A DNA stretch of 64,000 bases from an uncultured delta proteobacterium (GTDB lineage Bacteria > Desulfobacterota > Desulfuromonadia > Desulfuromonadales > BM103), in contig CAVQRZ010000006.1 in the NCBI GenBank assembly GCA_963715335.1, positions 1-64,000 of the forward strand, written 5' to 3'. Positions 1 to 9,994 of this stretch are shown here, piece by piece. The first letter of the stretch is position 1; the number at the start of each line of letters is the position of its first letter. The translations under genes and the position numbers were made by a program. A model generated the notes under the pieces. That model saw nothing but the letters and a program-made list of their open reading frames with translations. It was not told the DNA's origin and made no database searches.

Positions 1-162
1 AGCGGAGTAGATTCATTAACCGGACATTTCGTTCTCAGGACACCGTCATTTTACCACGTTTGTCACGATCGATGGCGCAACAAGCCGGCAGTCCGGAGCC
101 ATCGTCGGCGAGAATCGCAAGCCAAGAATTCGCACAGAAAGACATTTCGATGCGCAAGCGAC

Positions 163-936
163 TCAGAATTTCGCCGGCCGCTTCTCCAGGAAGGCGCTGA
201 TCCCCTCCTTGCAATCCGCGGTCGTGAAACTGAGCGCGAACAGGTCGGCCTCGTAGCGCGCGGCGCGAGAAAAGTCCATCTCCAGGCCGTTGTCGATCGC
301 CTCCTTGGACAGAGCGATCGCCGATGCGCTCTTGTCGCACATCTTCAGCGCCAGGGCTTTTGCCTCTTCCAGCAAGCGGTCCTTGGCGACCACGCGGTTG
401 ACCAGACCGATCCGGCAGGCTTCATCGGCACCGATCATCTCGCCGGTGAAAATCATCTCCTTGGCCCGACCCTTGCCGACCAGCCGGGACAGGCGCTGGG
501 TGCCGGCGAACCCCGGGATAATGCCGAGCTTGACTTCGGGCTGGCCGAACCTCGCCGAGTCGGCGGCAATCCGCAGGTCGCAGCCCATGGCAAGTTCGTT
601 GCCCCCGCCCAGGCAGTAGCCGTTGATCGCGGCGATCACCGGCTTGGGGAAAGTTTCGATCCGGTCGATGACCCGCTGCGCGAGCAAGGCGAATTGCCGG
701 GCGCCATCGGCGTCGAGACTGGCCAGGTGACTGATGTCGCCACCGGCAACAAACGCCTTGTCGCCGGCGCCGGTAAGGATGATTACGCGGACGCCGGCGT
801 CGGTTTCCAGCTCATTGAACAGTCTCTCCAGCCCGGCAAAGGTCTCCAGGGTCAAGGCGTTGAGAGCTTTGGGGTTATTGAATGTGATTGTTGCGATGGC
901 GGCGTCTTTTTCCAGCAGCAGGATTGATTCGGGCAT
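163..936 (-). CDS. Enoyl-CoA hydratase/crotonase family protein
   Basis: 257 aa with crotonase motifs AFVAGGDI, GYCLGGGNELAMGCD and FGQPEVKLGIIPG; RBS AGGAG upstream. Confidence 0.93.
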   Translation of the reverse strand: MPESILLLEKDAAIATITFNNPKALNALTLETFAGLERLFNELETDAGVRVIILTGAGDKAFVAGGDISHLASLDADGARQFALLAQRVIDRIETFPKPVIAAINGYCLGGGNELAMGCDLRIAADSARFGQPEVKLGIIPGFAGTQRLSRLVGKGRAKEMIFTGEMIGADEACRIGLVNRVVAKDRLLEEAKALALKMCDKSASAIALSKEAIDNGLEMDFSRAARYEADLFALSFTTADCKEGISAFLEKRPAKF

Positions 937-1039
937 GGATGTGCTCCTTTGGAGAGATGATATCGATTGATTGTCGCTGAGCAGTCTTCATTGGCGCAGG
1001 AATGCAGTATAGCGGATGACGAGCGGAGATGCCACTCGA

Positions 1040-1217
1040 AGCAATTTTGCTTCGTTTTCTTTGTCGCCACAAAAGAAAGTGTCGTTGCTGTCGGCAATCC
1101 CGGCAGTTCTAGTTTTGTTAGGTTTTACATTTCTGACGATGACAACAAAAACCAGAACCGACGGGTTGCGACCCGTCCGCCGCCTTAACTTTATTTGCTT
1201 GCCCAAATAAAGTTAAG
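1040..1217. repeat. Two double-hairpin ends related to the 14.5-kb and 21-kb repeat element; the second is cut off by IS481
   Basis: AACCGACGGG-TTGCGA-CCCGTC then CTTAACTTTATTTG-CTTGCC-CAAATAAAGTTAAG mirrors AACCGGCGGG-TCGCGT-CCCGCC..TACTTTTG..CAAAAGTA at 20968. An opposite-facing, more diverged end lies at ~1040-1105. Confidence 0.65.
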
Positions 1218-2565
1218 TGTTGAGTGCCAGCACTTCGTGGACAAATATATGTGCCACCAGCTCGTGGACAAAATAGTTCTCTGACAATCGAATAGCCACC
1301 CGTCATTCTCTGAACATTCCCCCTATGGAGGTGTTCATGAAGAATGAAGTTAGACAACGTATCCAGGCCGTTCAGCGTTTTCTGGCAGGCGAAAAACCCG
1401 AATCGATCTGCGCTTCCATGGGCCGATCACGGTCTTGGCTCTACAAATGGATCTCACGCTACGATGAGCAAAGCAGCACTTGGTGTGAAAATCGACCGAC
1501 GGTGCTGTCCCATGCAACCAATCGGACACCGCTTGAAATTGAAGAGATCGTCAAGATGGTTCGCCTCAATCTCTACAACCATGATCTGTTCTTTGGCGCC
1601 CAAGCAATTCTGTGGGAACTTGAAGATCTTGGCGTTAAGCCGTTGCCTTCATTACGTACTATTAACCGCATTCTGAGCCGCAACGAACTGACTCATCGAA
1701 GGACCGGTAAATACGAGCCTAAAGGTACCCCTTATCCCAAACTTCCTGCTCTGTTGCCGAACCAGACACATCAAATGGATCTGGTCGGACCGTGCTACCT
1801 TAAAGGGCCGCTGCGCTTCTACGGGATCAATGTGATTGATGCTGCAACCGCACGTTGTGGACTGCACTCGTCAGCGACCAAAGCTGGCCAGGACGTTCTG
1901 GATGGGGCTTTGGCTATTTGGTCGCGCCTTGGTATACCGGACAATCTTCAAATCGACAACGCCTTATCCTTCTTCGGTAGTCCGAAATATCCCCGGGCTA
2001 CGAGCCAATTTATCCGCCTTTGCTTGCATCATGGTGTTGAACTCTGGTTCATCCCTATGTCGGAGCCTTGGCGCAACGGCTTGATCGAGCAGTTCAATGA
2101 CCACTATCAGCAGAAGTTTCTCAGCAAGGTAATCATGACAACCGCCGAGGAGTTGCGAAAAGGGACCCTTGCTTTCGAGCAACGCCATAACAGCAAATAT
2201 CGCTACAGCAAGCTGGGCGGTAAAACGCCTCTCAAAGCGCTGGCGGCTACGCAGACACAGCTCAGATTTCCAAACTATGAGGCAGGCCCTCGACTGCGAC
2301 TGGAAATGCCGGAGGTTGGCCACTACCATCTGGTGCGTCTGATCCGTAGCGATCTCAAGCTCAACATTTTCGGCGAACAGTTCTCCGTTCCCCCAGAGCT
2401 GAAACTTGAATACGTGGTGGCTACTATCGATGTCAAAGAGCAGAAGCTGAAACTCTTCCTGGACAAAACCCAGGTCGATGAATTTGCATATAAAATGCGT
2501 TAACAAGCGTTGAGTCCACGAGGTGCTGGCACTAAAAAGTGTCCACGAGCTGGTGGCACTCAACA
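1218..2565 (+). mobile_element. IS481-family insertion sequence
   Basis: TGT...ACA ends. TIR TGTTGAGTGCCAGCACTTCGTGGACA versus reverse complement TGTTGAGTGCCACCAGCTCGTGGACA, with a second internal GTGCCA..CGTGGAC site at each end. Encloses a DDE transposase. Confidence 0.9.
1325..2503 (+). CDS. IS481-family DDE transposase (integrase core)
   Basis: N-terminal HTH (SRSWLYKWISRY) and rve-type core THQMD...QIDN...NGLIEQFN. Confidence 0.9.
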   Translation: MEVFMKNEVRQRIQAVQRFLAGEKPESICASMGRSRSWLYKWISRYDEQSSTWCENRPTVLSHATNRTPLEIEEIVKMVRLNLYNHDLFFGAQAILWELEDLGVKPLPSLRTINRILSRNELTHRRTGKYEPKGTPYPKLPALLPNQTHQMDLVGPCYLKGPLRFYGINVIDAATARCGLHSSATKAGQDVLDGALAIWSRLGIPDNLQIDNALSFFGSPKYPRATSQFIRLCLHHGVELWFIPMSEPWRNGLIEQFNDHYQQKFLSKVIMTTAEELRKGTLAFEQRHNSKYRYSKLGGKTPLKALAATQTQLRFPNYEAGPRLRLEMPEVGHYHLVRLIRSDLKLNIFGEQFSVPPELKLEYVVATIDVKEQKLKLFLDKTQVDEFAYKMR

Positions 2566-3377
2566 TCTAGCTAATTCAATATCCACTATTCTAGAGGCTC
2601 CTTTCTGTTTCTTCTCGCCTCAGCCCTTCTATTGATTCCACAGGGTTTGCACCATCTATCGTTTCTCAAATTGCCAATATTGATTCCCCATTCATGTCCG
2701 CAAACGCCACAACTCACCATGATTTTTGTCTTGCTGTCAACATAGGCCTGGCCAGGGAGCACTGTGCCCCCTTTAGCTTGAACAAGGGCTGTGAACTCTT
2801 GAAATGGTTTAGTGTTTTTGGGGAGAGCCTCGGCTATTTCCTTTTGTGAGATTGGTCTTTTCCTCGGTGGAGCTATACCTCTCTTGCTGAGCTCACTACG
2901 GATGAAGACCTCCATCCTTGAACGTTCTGTATTTGGCACTTCAATAAGTGTCACACCTTTCTCTGTGCACCTCTCCCTTTTCAGCTGATCTAGCTCTTGT
3001 TGTCTTACTATTGGTGAGACGCTATTCTTCGAGAAAGCAACGGCTCGATAGTGTTGTTCTCCATGATACTCAAATGCAATACCGAGAAATTCAGCATATC
3101 CATCCAGTTCCATTCGAGCACGTTCACCAACTTTTAGCCAAACCGGTCGTTTTTTCGGAAAGTCGACTCCAAAAAGCAGCTCAAAATGTCTTCTACATAT
3201 TCGCTCTGAAACTCCATCTTTACAGCTGTTACACCATGTCCCATTCTTCCTCATGACATTGGATGGAGATGCCCACCAATCATGTCCTTCAGCACATTAC
3301 CAATAGTAGTCTGTCCTGGCATCTTTATATCCAGTAGAAAGAAGCTTTCCACCTTTCTTCTTGGCGAAATCTTTTAA

Positions 3378-4730
3378 CAGGTCGTTGAAAAACTAACCGG
3401 GAGTTGCCCTATTTTCTCCCGAGACTCAATTTTTGCTCTTTGACAATCTGTGTTTCGTTGGTTTCTGGCAGATTTCTCTGCCATTTTGAACCAAATGTCG
3501 CGATTTATCTTGATGCAGCAGGCATTATTGCCTCTATGACTGTCATGGTGCCCATATCAAGGTTCGCATTCTGACCAGGTTATACGCTGCCGCAGCTAAC
3601 GTGAAGCTGCTTTCAACACGCTCAAGACCCTTATGGCGTGTCTTGCGTAAGATCCCGGTTGTTTTTATCCAGCCGAAGATCTCCTCGACTCGCTTGCGAA
3701 CCTTCAAGCTTGTTTGATAACCGGCATGTCGCGTGGTTCGCTGGTCGATCGCTGTGCCCCTGGTTTTCTGGGCCACATGCGGAGTTGCTCGCAATTTGCG
3801 TAGTCCGCTGACGAAATCGGCAGTGTCATAACCTCGGTCGGCTGCCAGAGTCACTCGCTTGGCTCCAGGGATGTTCTCGACCATATCCAGGGCAGCTTCC
3901 CGCTCTGCCGTGCCGGAGGCCTTAGTCAAACGACTGTCAACCACCAGGCCGTTGCGATTCTCCATCAGAGCATGGCCCATGAAACAGAGCTGTGATGCCG
4001 CCCCTTTACTCTTTTTGTGCAAACGTGCATCCGGGTCAGTGGTTGACTGATGCGTATCGTTTTTACGTTTCTGCCCCTTGAAATCAACCTCGGCATTACG
4101 ACCACCAGAGGTTGGAGGTTCCTGGTCCTGATCGTCCTTGGGGCGAAAACTCTTCATCGATGCCCAGGCTTCGATCAGTGTGCCATCGACGGAAAAGTGT
4201 TCATTCGACAGCAAACCGGCTTGTTCGGCCTGTCGCCGGATGACGACAAAAAACTGTGTTGCCACATCATGAGCAATCAGGCGGTCCCGGTTCTTGGAAA
4301 AGGTCGAATGATCCCAGACATTGTCGTCCATGGACAAGCCAACGAACCAGCGAAACAACAGATTGTAATCAAGCTGCTCTACAAGCATCCGTTCACTGCG
4401 GATGGTGTAGAGGATTTGCAGCAACAAGGCTCGGAAAAGCTGCTCCGGCGGGATTGAAGGCCTGCCGGTGTACGAGTACATCTCCTGGAATAAAGGAGCC
4501 AGATCAACCAGTGCGTTATCGACCATGATCCGGATGGGGCGCAACGGGTGATCCTTGGGCACCCGAGCTTCCGGAGAGATGTAGCTGAACATGGCCTGCT
4601 GGTTCTGATCTTCGCCGCGCATAACGTTTCTCCTGAAATATCAGTTGGTTATGCGCTAAATTATAGCAAATTCGAACTCTTCACCCTAGTAAAATCAAGG
4701 TGTTGCGTTCAATTGTTTTTCAACAGCCTG
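3378..4730 (-). mobile_element. IS5-family insertion sequence with TTAA target duplication
   Basis: TIR CAGGTCGTTGAAAAAC versus reverse complement CAGGCTGTTGAAAAAC; TTAA at 3374-3377 and 4731-4734. Confidence 0.93.
3543..4622 (-). CDS. IS5-family transposase
   Basis: 359 aa; GRPSIPPE, FRWFVGL, FSVDGTLIEAWAS, ADRGYD, RKRVEEIFGW motifs. Confidence 0.93.
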   Translation of the reverse strand: MRGEDQNQQAMFSYISPEARVPKDHPLRPIRIMVDNALVDLAPLFQEMYSYTGRPSIPPEQLFRALLLQILYTIRSERMLVEQLDYNLLFRWFVGLSMDDNVWDHSTFSKNRDRLIAHDVATQFFVVIRRQAEQAGLLSNEHFSVDGTLIEAWASMKSFRPKDDQDQEPPTSGGRNAEVDFKGQKRKNDTHQSTTDPDARLHKKSKGAASQLCFMGHALMENRNGLVVDSRLTKASGTAEREAALDMVENIPGAKRVTLAADRGYDTADFVSGLRKLRATPHVAQKTRGTAIDQRTTRHAGYQTSLKVRKRVEEIFGWIKTTGILRKTRHKGLERVESSFTLAAAAYNLVRMRTLIWAP

Positions 4731-5708
4731 TTAAGTCTTTGATAGTCAACGGTGCAGTTCCGCCACATTTCCGACACCAATATCCTTGTTTGACGCTATT
4801 GGCTACTTGCCAGAACTTATGGCCCTTGTCACATTGCCAGTAATGCTCTTCGTATATTCCCAAGTATTCTCTTGAAAGAAGAAGACCCCCCTTTTCTTTA
4901 GCTAAGGCTTGTAGTTCATCGTACCTTTCCAGTATCTCAGCTTCACTCAATGAGCTTGAACACGAATTACACCAGGTTCCGGAATTTCTCACATGAGTCG
5001 GACGTGACCAAAACCGATGTCCTTTGGCACATTCAAACTCCATATTTTTTTCCCGTGTTCATATTTTTTACTGATGACTTTACCACCTTTGTGCCTTGCT
5101 AGCAGTAGTAGCTCTTCAAAGAATTCTTCAGGTGTCAATTTCCCTGAGCATTTGAGGCACCATTGCCCCTTTTGCACAACCTTGTAATACGTTGCCTCCC
5201 ATTTGTGTCTTTCAGAACAACGCCAAGAATATTTGGTTTCCACTCCAATGTATTCATCAGACAGAAATGAGCCACCCTTTGATTTGGCAGTTTCCTTTGC
5301 TAACTCAAGACGAGCTAGTCTTTCTTTTTTGCTCAGTTTTGCCATGAATGTTCAACCCAAAAAAAAAGACCGCCAACAGGAACAAAATCCTATATAGCGG
5401 TTGCCTGTTGTTGTGAATGTTGTTTGATGTTTCAATACTCTCCCCCTCAGAAGTAATCGAAAACATAAAACATTCTAGCTTAGAAGGGGTGAGAGGTCTA
5501 GGAGTTTGCCCTAGGGAAGACCCGGAGACAAAAACCCTCCGAACTTTCTCATAAATTAGGAATTTTGAGAATGGCTGTGCTCGACTGATGCCTTCCTTAC
5601 AGTTAAAATATGGGAGAGGTAAGACATAATTGCGCAGATTATCCTTGTATCTTTGAAAATTATGGCTTGAGAGTCTACGAAAATAATGGTGGTTTAATGG
5701 AGAGAATT

Positions 5709-6848
5709 ATGCCGTCACGACGTTTAATATATTACCTATCCCTTTTATTCGTCTTGCTTTCCTCCAGTGCCTGCGGCGAATCAGCTGGTAATATGGTTTA
5801 CGGAAATGCAGGTTCAATACTATTCATAGAAAGTTTTGGGAGTTTCAATGAACCCTGGGCCATGACCTTTTTGCCTGATGGGAACCTGCTGATTACCGAA
5901 AAACCCGGAACCCTGCTTCTGGTCAAGCTGGATGACCGCTCCAGGGTCCCTGTTTCAGGTGTGCCTGAGGTCGCCTACGGCGGGCAGGGCGGTCTGGGCG
6001 ATATTATCCTTCATCCCCAATACAGTGAGAACCACTGGGTCTATTTGTCGTACGCCGAGGAGAATGCGACAGGGGAAAAGGGGGCCGTTGTTGCCCGGGC
6101 TAAATTCAACCACGAGTCTGCCAACCCAGAACTGGAGAATCTTCAAATCCTCTGGCAACAGACTCCAAAAGTCTCAGGTAGTGGGCATTACTCGCACCGA
6201 TTGGTATTCGGCCCTGACGGTAAACTCTTCATCACCTCCGGGGAACGGCAAAAGCAGGAGCCGGCCCAAAGCTGGACGCAGAACCTGGGCAAGATTATCA
6301 GGATAAACGCAGATGGATCTGTTCCCCCAGACAACCCATTTCAGGACAAGGGAGAACTGGCAAAAACTTTCTGGTCCATAGGGCATCGCAATCTGCTTGG
6401 CATTGCCTTCGACCGACAGGGCTATTTGTGGTCTCACGAAATGGGCCCAAGGCACGGAGATGAATTCAACCTTATCGTTGGCGGAGAAAATTACGGTTGG
6501 CCCATTGTCTCCTGGGGAGATCATTACTCTGGCATCCCCATTCCCGATCATGATACGCGCCCGGAATTTCATACCCCTGAGGTCTACTGGGTCCCGACTG
6601 TTGCACCGTCGGGTTTGATAATATACGACGACTCCATGTTTCCGGAGTGGCAGAATAATGCCTTTATCGGCGGGCTCAGGTCAGAAGCACTAGTACGGAT
6701 AAGGATTTCAGGTAAACAGGCCGCGGAGGTCGAGCGTTTCGACATGGGAAATCGGATTAGAGAGGTTGAGCAAGGGCCGAAAGGGGCAATATGGGTCCTT
6801 GAGGATAACAAGGGCGGTCGACTGCTTCGGCTTACTCCTTCCAAATAA
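5709..6848 (+). CDS. PQQ-dependent soluble aldose sugar dehydrogenase (YliI/Asd-like), probably exported
   Basis: [34 protein letters not shown] and NYGWP motifs; signal or lipoprotein-like leader. Start chosen after GGAGAG; the ORF is open to 5610. Confidence 0.9.
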   Translation: MPSRRLIYYLSLLFVLLSSSACGESAGNMVYGNAGSILFIESFGSFNEPWAMTFLPDGNLLITEKPGTLLLVKLDDRSRVPVSGVPEVAYGGQGGLGDIILHPQYSENHWVYLSYAEENATGEKGAVVARAKFNHESANPELENLQILWQQTPKVSGSGHYSHRLVFGPDGKLFITSGERQKQEPAQSWTQNLGKIIRINADGSVPPDNPFQDKGELAKTFWSIGHRNLLGIAFDRQGYLWSHEMGPRHGDEFNLIVGGENYGWPIVSWGDHYSGIPIPDHDTRPEFHTPEVYWVPTVAPSGLIIYDDSMFPEWQNNAFIGGLRSEALVRIRISGKQAAEVERFDMGNRIREVEQGPKGAIWVLEDNKGGRLLRLTPSK

Positions 6849-6865
6849 TCACGATAAACAGTAGT

Positions 6866-6900
6866 GAAAACCTCTCCCTGACTCCCAGGGCGGGGTTTTC
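6866..6900 (+). terminator. Probable intrinsic terminator
   Basis: GAAAACC..CCCTG-loop-CAGGG..GGTTTTC hairpin followed by a T-rich tract. Confidence 0.55.
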
Positions 6901-7059
6901 TTATTAAGTATTACTGCAACGGGTTCTCACAACAGCTAGTGATTTATAGGTCATCAAGTTCCAGAGAATCCTCCCTGTGCCCATCTTCATCGGCCACCGC
7001 ATGGACGCAGAAGAATGATATAATGGCCAGGAACATCAGCCCATTCATCCGGAGGGAAT

Positions 7060-7254
7060 ATGTCTGAATCGATAAAAACCGACTGTAAAGACCCAGAAGG
7101 ACACTGGCGCCACCTCTGTGAATTGCGGAAACAGGGACAGGAGAAAGAGTTCAAAGACCTGATGCAGGACCCCGGTCACACCTGCCTGAATTGTAATGCC
7201 GTTGCCAAGCACGCCCAGAACCTTTGCAACCCGAGTCCATTTATCAAAATATAA
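7060..7254 (+). CDS. Small Cys/His-rich hypothetical protein
   Basis: 64 aa, RBS GGAGGG, HLC...CLNC...NLCNP; followed by a GC hairpin at ~7286-7314. Confidence 0.65.
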   Translation: MSESIKTDCKDPEGHWRHLCELRKQGQEKEFKDLMQDPGHTCLNCNAVAKHAQNLCNPSPFIKI

Positions 7255-7434
7255 TATTTCGATCCAGCCGGCACAAAGAACAAACCGGGGACACGTGACT
7301 CATGTGTCCCCGGCCTTTACCCGGGTATCTTTGTTTCGAGGAAAAGTGTAGCATGGGTCCGTTCACTCGAGCATCTTTCCAGCGACACCAGTTGGCCGTG
7401 CGCCTCTTCACCCGCAACCGGAAAAGAGAACATT

Positions 7435-7647
7435 ATGGAACCCTGCAGTCTGTGCGCAGAACAATCAAAGAAAACCAAGCGTGGCAACCCCCATCAATAC
7501 CTGATCAAGGTTGACGAGGTCCGGGTCTTCAAAGGGGTCAATCCCCGAGGCTACGAAGAACAGGATTACAAGTGCACGACATGCAGTGCTAAATTCACCC
7601 GGAGCACCGGCAAAAATGATCTGGCCTGGACGCTCTGGCACGGTTGA
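7435..7647 (+). CDS. Small Zn-ribbon-like hypothetical protein
   Basis: 70 aa with CSLC...PH...CTTC and a C-terminal W. Confidence 0.6.
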   Translation: MEPCSLCAEQSKKTKRGNPHQYLIKVDEVRVFKGVNPRGYEEQDYKCTTCSAKFTRSTGKNDLAWTLWHG

Positions 7648-7822
7648 TGGGGCAGTCGCACCGGAGCCTTGATAGGTAACGTTCACAAAAAACCCACCCC
7701 CCGGTGGCCTGCGAATGCAGCAGCGACCGTTGCCGCAATTCCATACCGGCAGGAACCTGCTACAATGTCATAAACACTTCTATATACAGTGGCAGAATCA
7801 ACCATGATGCAGGAGGCACGAT

Positions 7823-8590
7823 ATGAAAAAAGTCGTTCTGGGTGCAGTCCTGGTCCTGCTGATCGCGGTCGGCGGCGGCATCTATTATCTTCTCTCCAAC
7901 CTCGACAGCATGGTCAAGTCGGCTATCGAAACCTACGGTTCGCAAGCAACCCAGACATCGGTACGGGTAGCGAGCGTAAAGATCGTCCTGCAGGACGGTT
8001 CCGGTGCGATTCGCGGTTTGACCGTGGGCAACCCGCAGGGGTTCGGGACACCCCACGCATTCTCTCTCGGCGAGCTCGCGACCCAGATTGATTTAAAGTC
8101 CCTGTCCGAAGAGGTCCCGGTGATCGAGCATATCACCATCCAGGCACCGGAGGTCTTCTTCGAACTTAATGAAAAAGGCCTGAACAATCTCGATGAGCTG
8201 AAGAAGAACCTGCAGTCGGGTACCTCGTCTTCTTCATCGTCCTCTTCGGCCAAAAGCGGCGGTTCGGAACCGAAGCTGATTATCCGTAAGCTGGTATTCT
8301 CAGACGGCAACATCCACGCCAGGGTCGTTCCGCTGGACAAGGACTACGAGCTGAAGCTGCCGAACATCCAGATGAACGACCTCGGCGGCAGGACCGGGGC
8401 CACGCCATCGCAGATCGCCAGCCAGGCGATCAGCATCCTGACTGAACGGGCGCTGACCGAAGTCAAGAAGCAGGGCATCGACCAGTACAAGGCGCAGCTC
8501 GAAGGGGAAGTCAACAAGCGCCTGGAGGCCGAAAAAGAAAAACTTGGCGGTGAGGTCGGCGAGAAGTTGAAAGGCGTGCTCGGTTACTGA
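7823..8590 (+). CDS. AsmA/DUF748-like membrane-anchored protein
   Basis: N-terminal TM helix, LTVGNPQGF and beta-rich body; RBS AGGAGG; terminator-like hairpin at ~8646-8675. Confidence 0.7.
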   Translation: MKKVVLGAVLVLLIAVGGGIYYLLSNLDSMVKSAIETYGSQATQTSVRVASVKIVLQDGSGAIRGLTVGNPQGFGTPHAFSLGELATQIDLKSLSEEVPVIEHITIQAPEVFFELNEKGLNNLDELKKNLQSGTSSSSSSSSAKSGGSEPKLIIRKLVFSDGNIHARVVPLDKDYELKLPNIQMNDLGGRTGATPSQIASQAISILTERALTEVKKQGIDQYKAQLEGEVNKRLEAEKEKLGGEVGEKLKGVLGY

Positions 8591-8780
8591 GCCGGCGCGG
8601 TGACAGGCGACCGTCCTGTCGCGGTGTGATTGCCCGGCAAAGACAAAGGGCCGGACGCTTCCCGTCCGGCCCTTTCTGCAATTTTTTCTGCTCATCTTCC
8701 GCCGTTCAGCATTTTACAAACGTATCACACCGTAACGCTCATGTTAGAATGACAAATCTTGCCGCAACCCTGGAGGATGC

Positions 8781-9941
8781 ATGGGACACCTGATATCCGG
8801 CAAAGCACACCTGGTCCCCCTGATTGACCGGCTCAACCGCTATCCGGTTGGTCTGGTTGATAATGGGACGCTGCGTGAGATCCTGGCCCTGCTCTTCAGT
8901 GAAGAGGAAGCATCAATTGCCGCCAGATTCCCGCTCTCGGAAGCGACTGCGGACGAGCTGTCAACCCTCACCGGGATGCCGGTTGAAGAGCTGCTGCCGA
9001 AGCTCGAGCAGATGGCAGACAAGGGCTTGGTGGTTGACACACCCTGTGGTGACACAACTTACTGGATGCTGATGCCCGGGCTGATCGGATTCTTCGAATT
9101 CACCTTTATGAAAAAACGCACCGACCTGCCGATGGCCGAGGTGGCCCGCCTGATGCACGAATATCTCCACGAGGTCAGACCGGGACAGGCGGAAGAGTTC
9201 TTCGGCTCCCCTACCCAGCTGACCCGCGCCCTCACTTACGAGGACAAAGTCCCGGTGACATCGAAAATCACCAGTTGGGAGGATGCCCGACAGATTGTGC
9301 GCGATGCCGAATTCGGCGCGGCGGGGACATGCTTCTGCCGCCACCAGAAGGAGCATCTTGAGCAGCCGTGCCGCAAGCAGGCCCCGGTAGATGAGATCTG
9401 CATTGCTCTGGGCGCCGGCGCACGGTTTTTGGCCCGCCGGGGCTTCATGGAGGAGAAGGGCACTGACGAGCTGCTCGCCATCCTCGACACCGCCCGCAGC
9501 TACAACCTGACCCATGTCACCGACAATATCCGCGAGAAACCGTCTTTTATCTGCAACTGCTGTTCCTGTTGCTGCGAACTGATGACCGGGATCCAGATGG
9601 GGTTCCCCGACGGCGTTGCCAAAACCCCCTTCCTGGTCAATGTTGACCAGGCGGCCTGCACCTTGTGCGGCAAGTGCATCAAGGCGTGCAATGTCGCAGG
9701 GATCGCCCCGAACAAGGCAGCACAAACGGTTCGGATCGATGAGAAAGTCTGTCTCGGTTGCGGCGCCTGCCTCGATGTCTGTCCGGAAGGCGCCCTGCAC
9801 CTGATCGAGCGCGACAAGCGCCCGAAACCGCCCCGCAACAAGGGGCTGATGTTCGTTCGGATACTCAAAGAGAAGAGCCGCCTGATGCCGGTAGTCAAGG
9901 CGGAGGTGACGAAGAATCTCAAACGCCTGGTCAAGAGGTAA
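8781..9941 (+). CDS. 4Fe-4S ferredoxin-domain protein with N-terminal winged HTH
   Basis: CFCR, ICNCCSCCC, CTLCGKCIKAC and CLGCGACLDVCP motifs. Confidence 0.85.
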   Translation: MGHLISGKAHLVPLIDRLNRYPVGLVDNGTLREILALLFSEEEASIAARFPLSEATADELSTLTGMPVEELLPKLEQMADKGLVVDTPCGDTTYWMLMPGLIGFFEFTFMKKRTDLPMAEVARLMHEYLHEVRPGQAEEFFGSPTQLTRALTYEDKVPVTSKITSWEDARQIVRDAEFGAAGTCFCRHQKEHLEQPCRKQAPVDEICIALGAGARFLARRGFMEEKGTDELLAILDTARSYNLTHVTDNIREKPSFICNCCSCCCELMTGIQMGFPDGVAKTPFLVNVDQAACTLCGKCIKACNVAGIAPNKAAQTVRIDEKVCLGCGACLDVCPEGALHLIERDKRPKPPRNKGLMFVRILKEKSRLMPVVKAEVTKNLKRLVKR

Positions 9942-9994
9942 GTGTCCGGCTTGAGTTCCTCCCAGATAGTGCTTAAATATTCAGAGGAGACACA

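Larger units (their letters stand above)
2586..5345 (-). pseudogene. Zn-ribbon-repeat protein with PD-(D/E)xK (Vsr/DUF559-like) endonuclease domain, inactivated by a frameshift, an IS5 insertion and a nonsense codon
   Basis: ORFs 4989-5345, 4720-5043 and 2586-3254 share KGG-x-LS-x-Y...C-x2-GH-x-W...WC-x2-C repeats. Removing the IS and one TTAA restores the frame (TIKDL|KDFAKKKGGKLLS). TAA at 3297-3299; A7 run at 5045-5051. Nuclease motif ELDGY...IAFEYHGEQHY. Confidence 0.85.

Noticed and set aside
1218..1270. GTGCCA..CGTGGACA direct repeats as a mini-CRISPR
   Set aside because: They are the duplicated binding sites of the IS481 ends, mirrored at ~2516-2565; no spacers or cas genes.
5045..5051. 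Programmed -1 frameshift at the A7 run
   Set aside because: The gene has two other inactivating lesions; a simple homopolymer deletion or sequencing error is more parsimonious.
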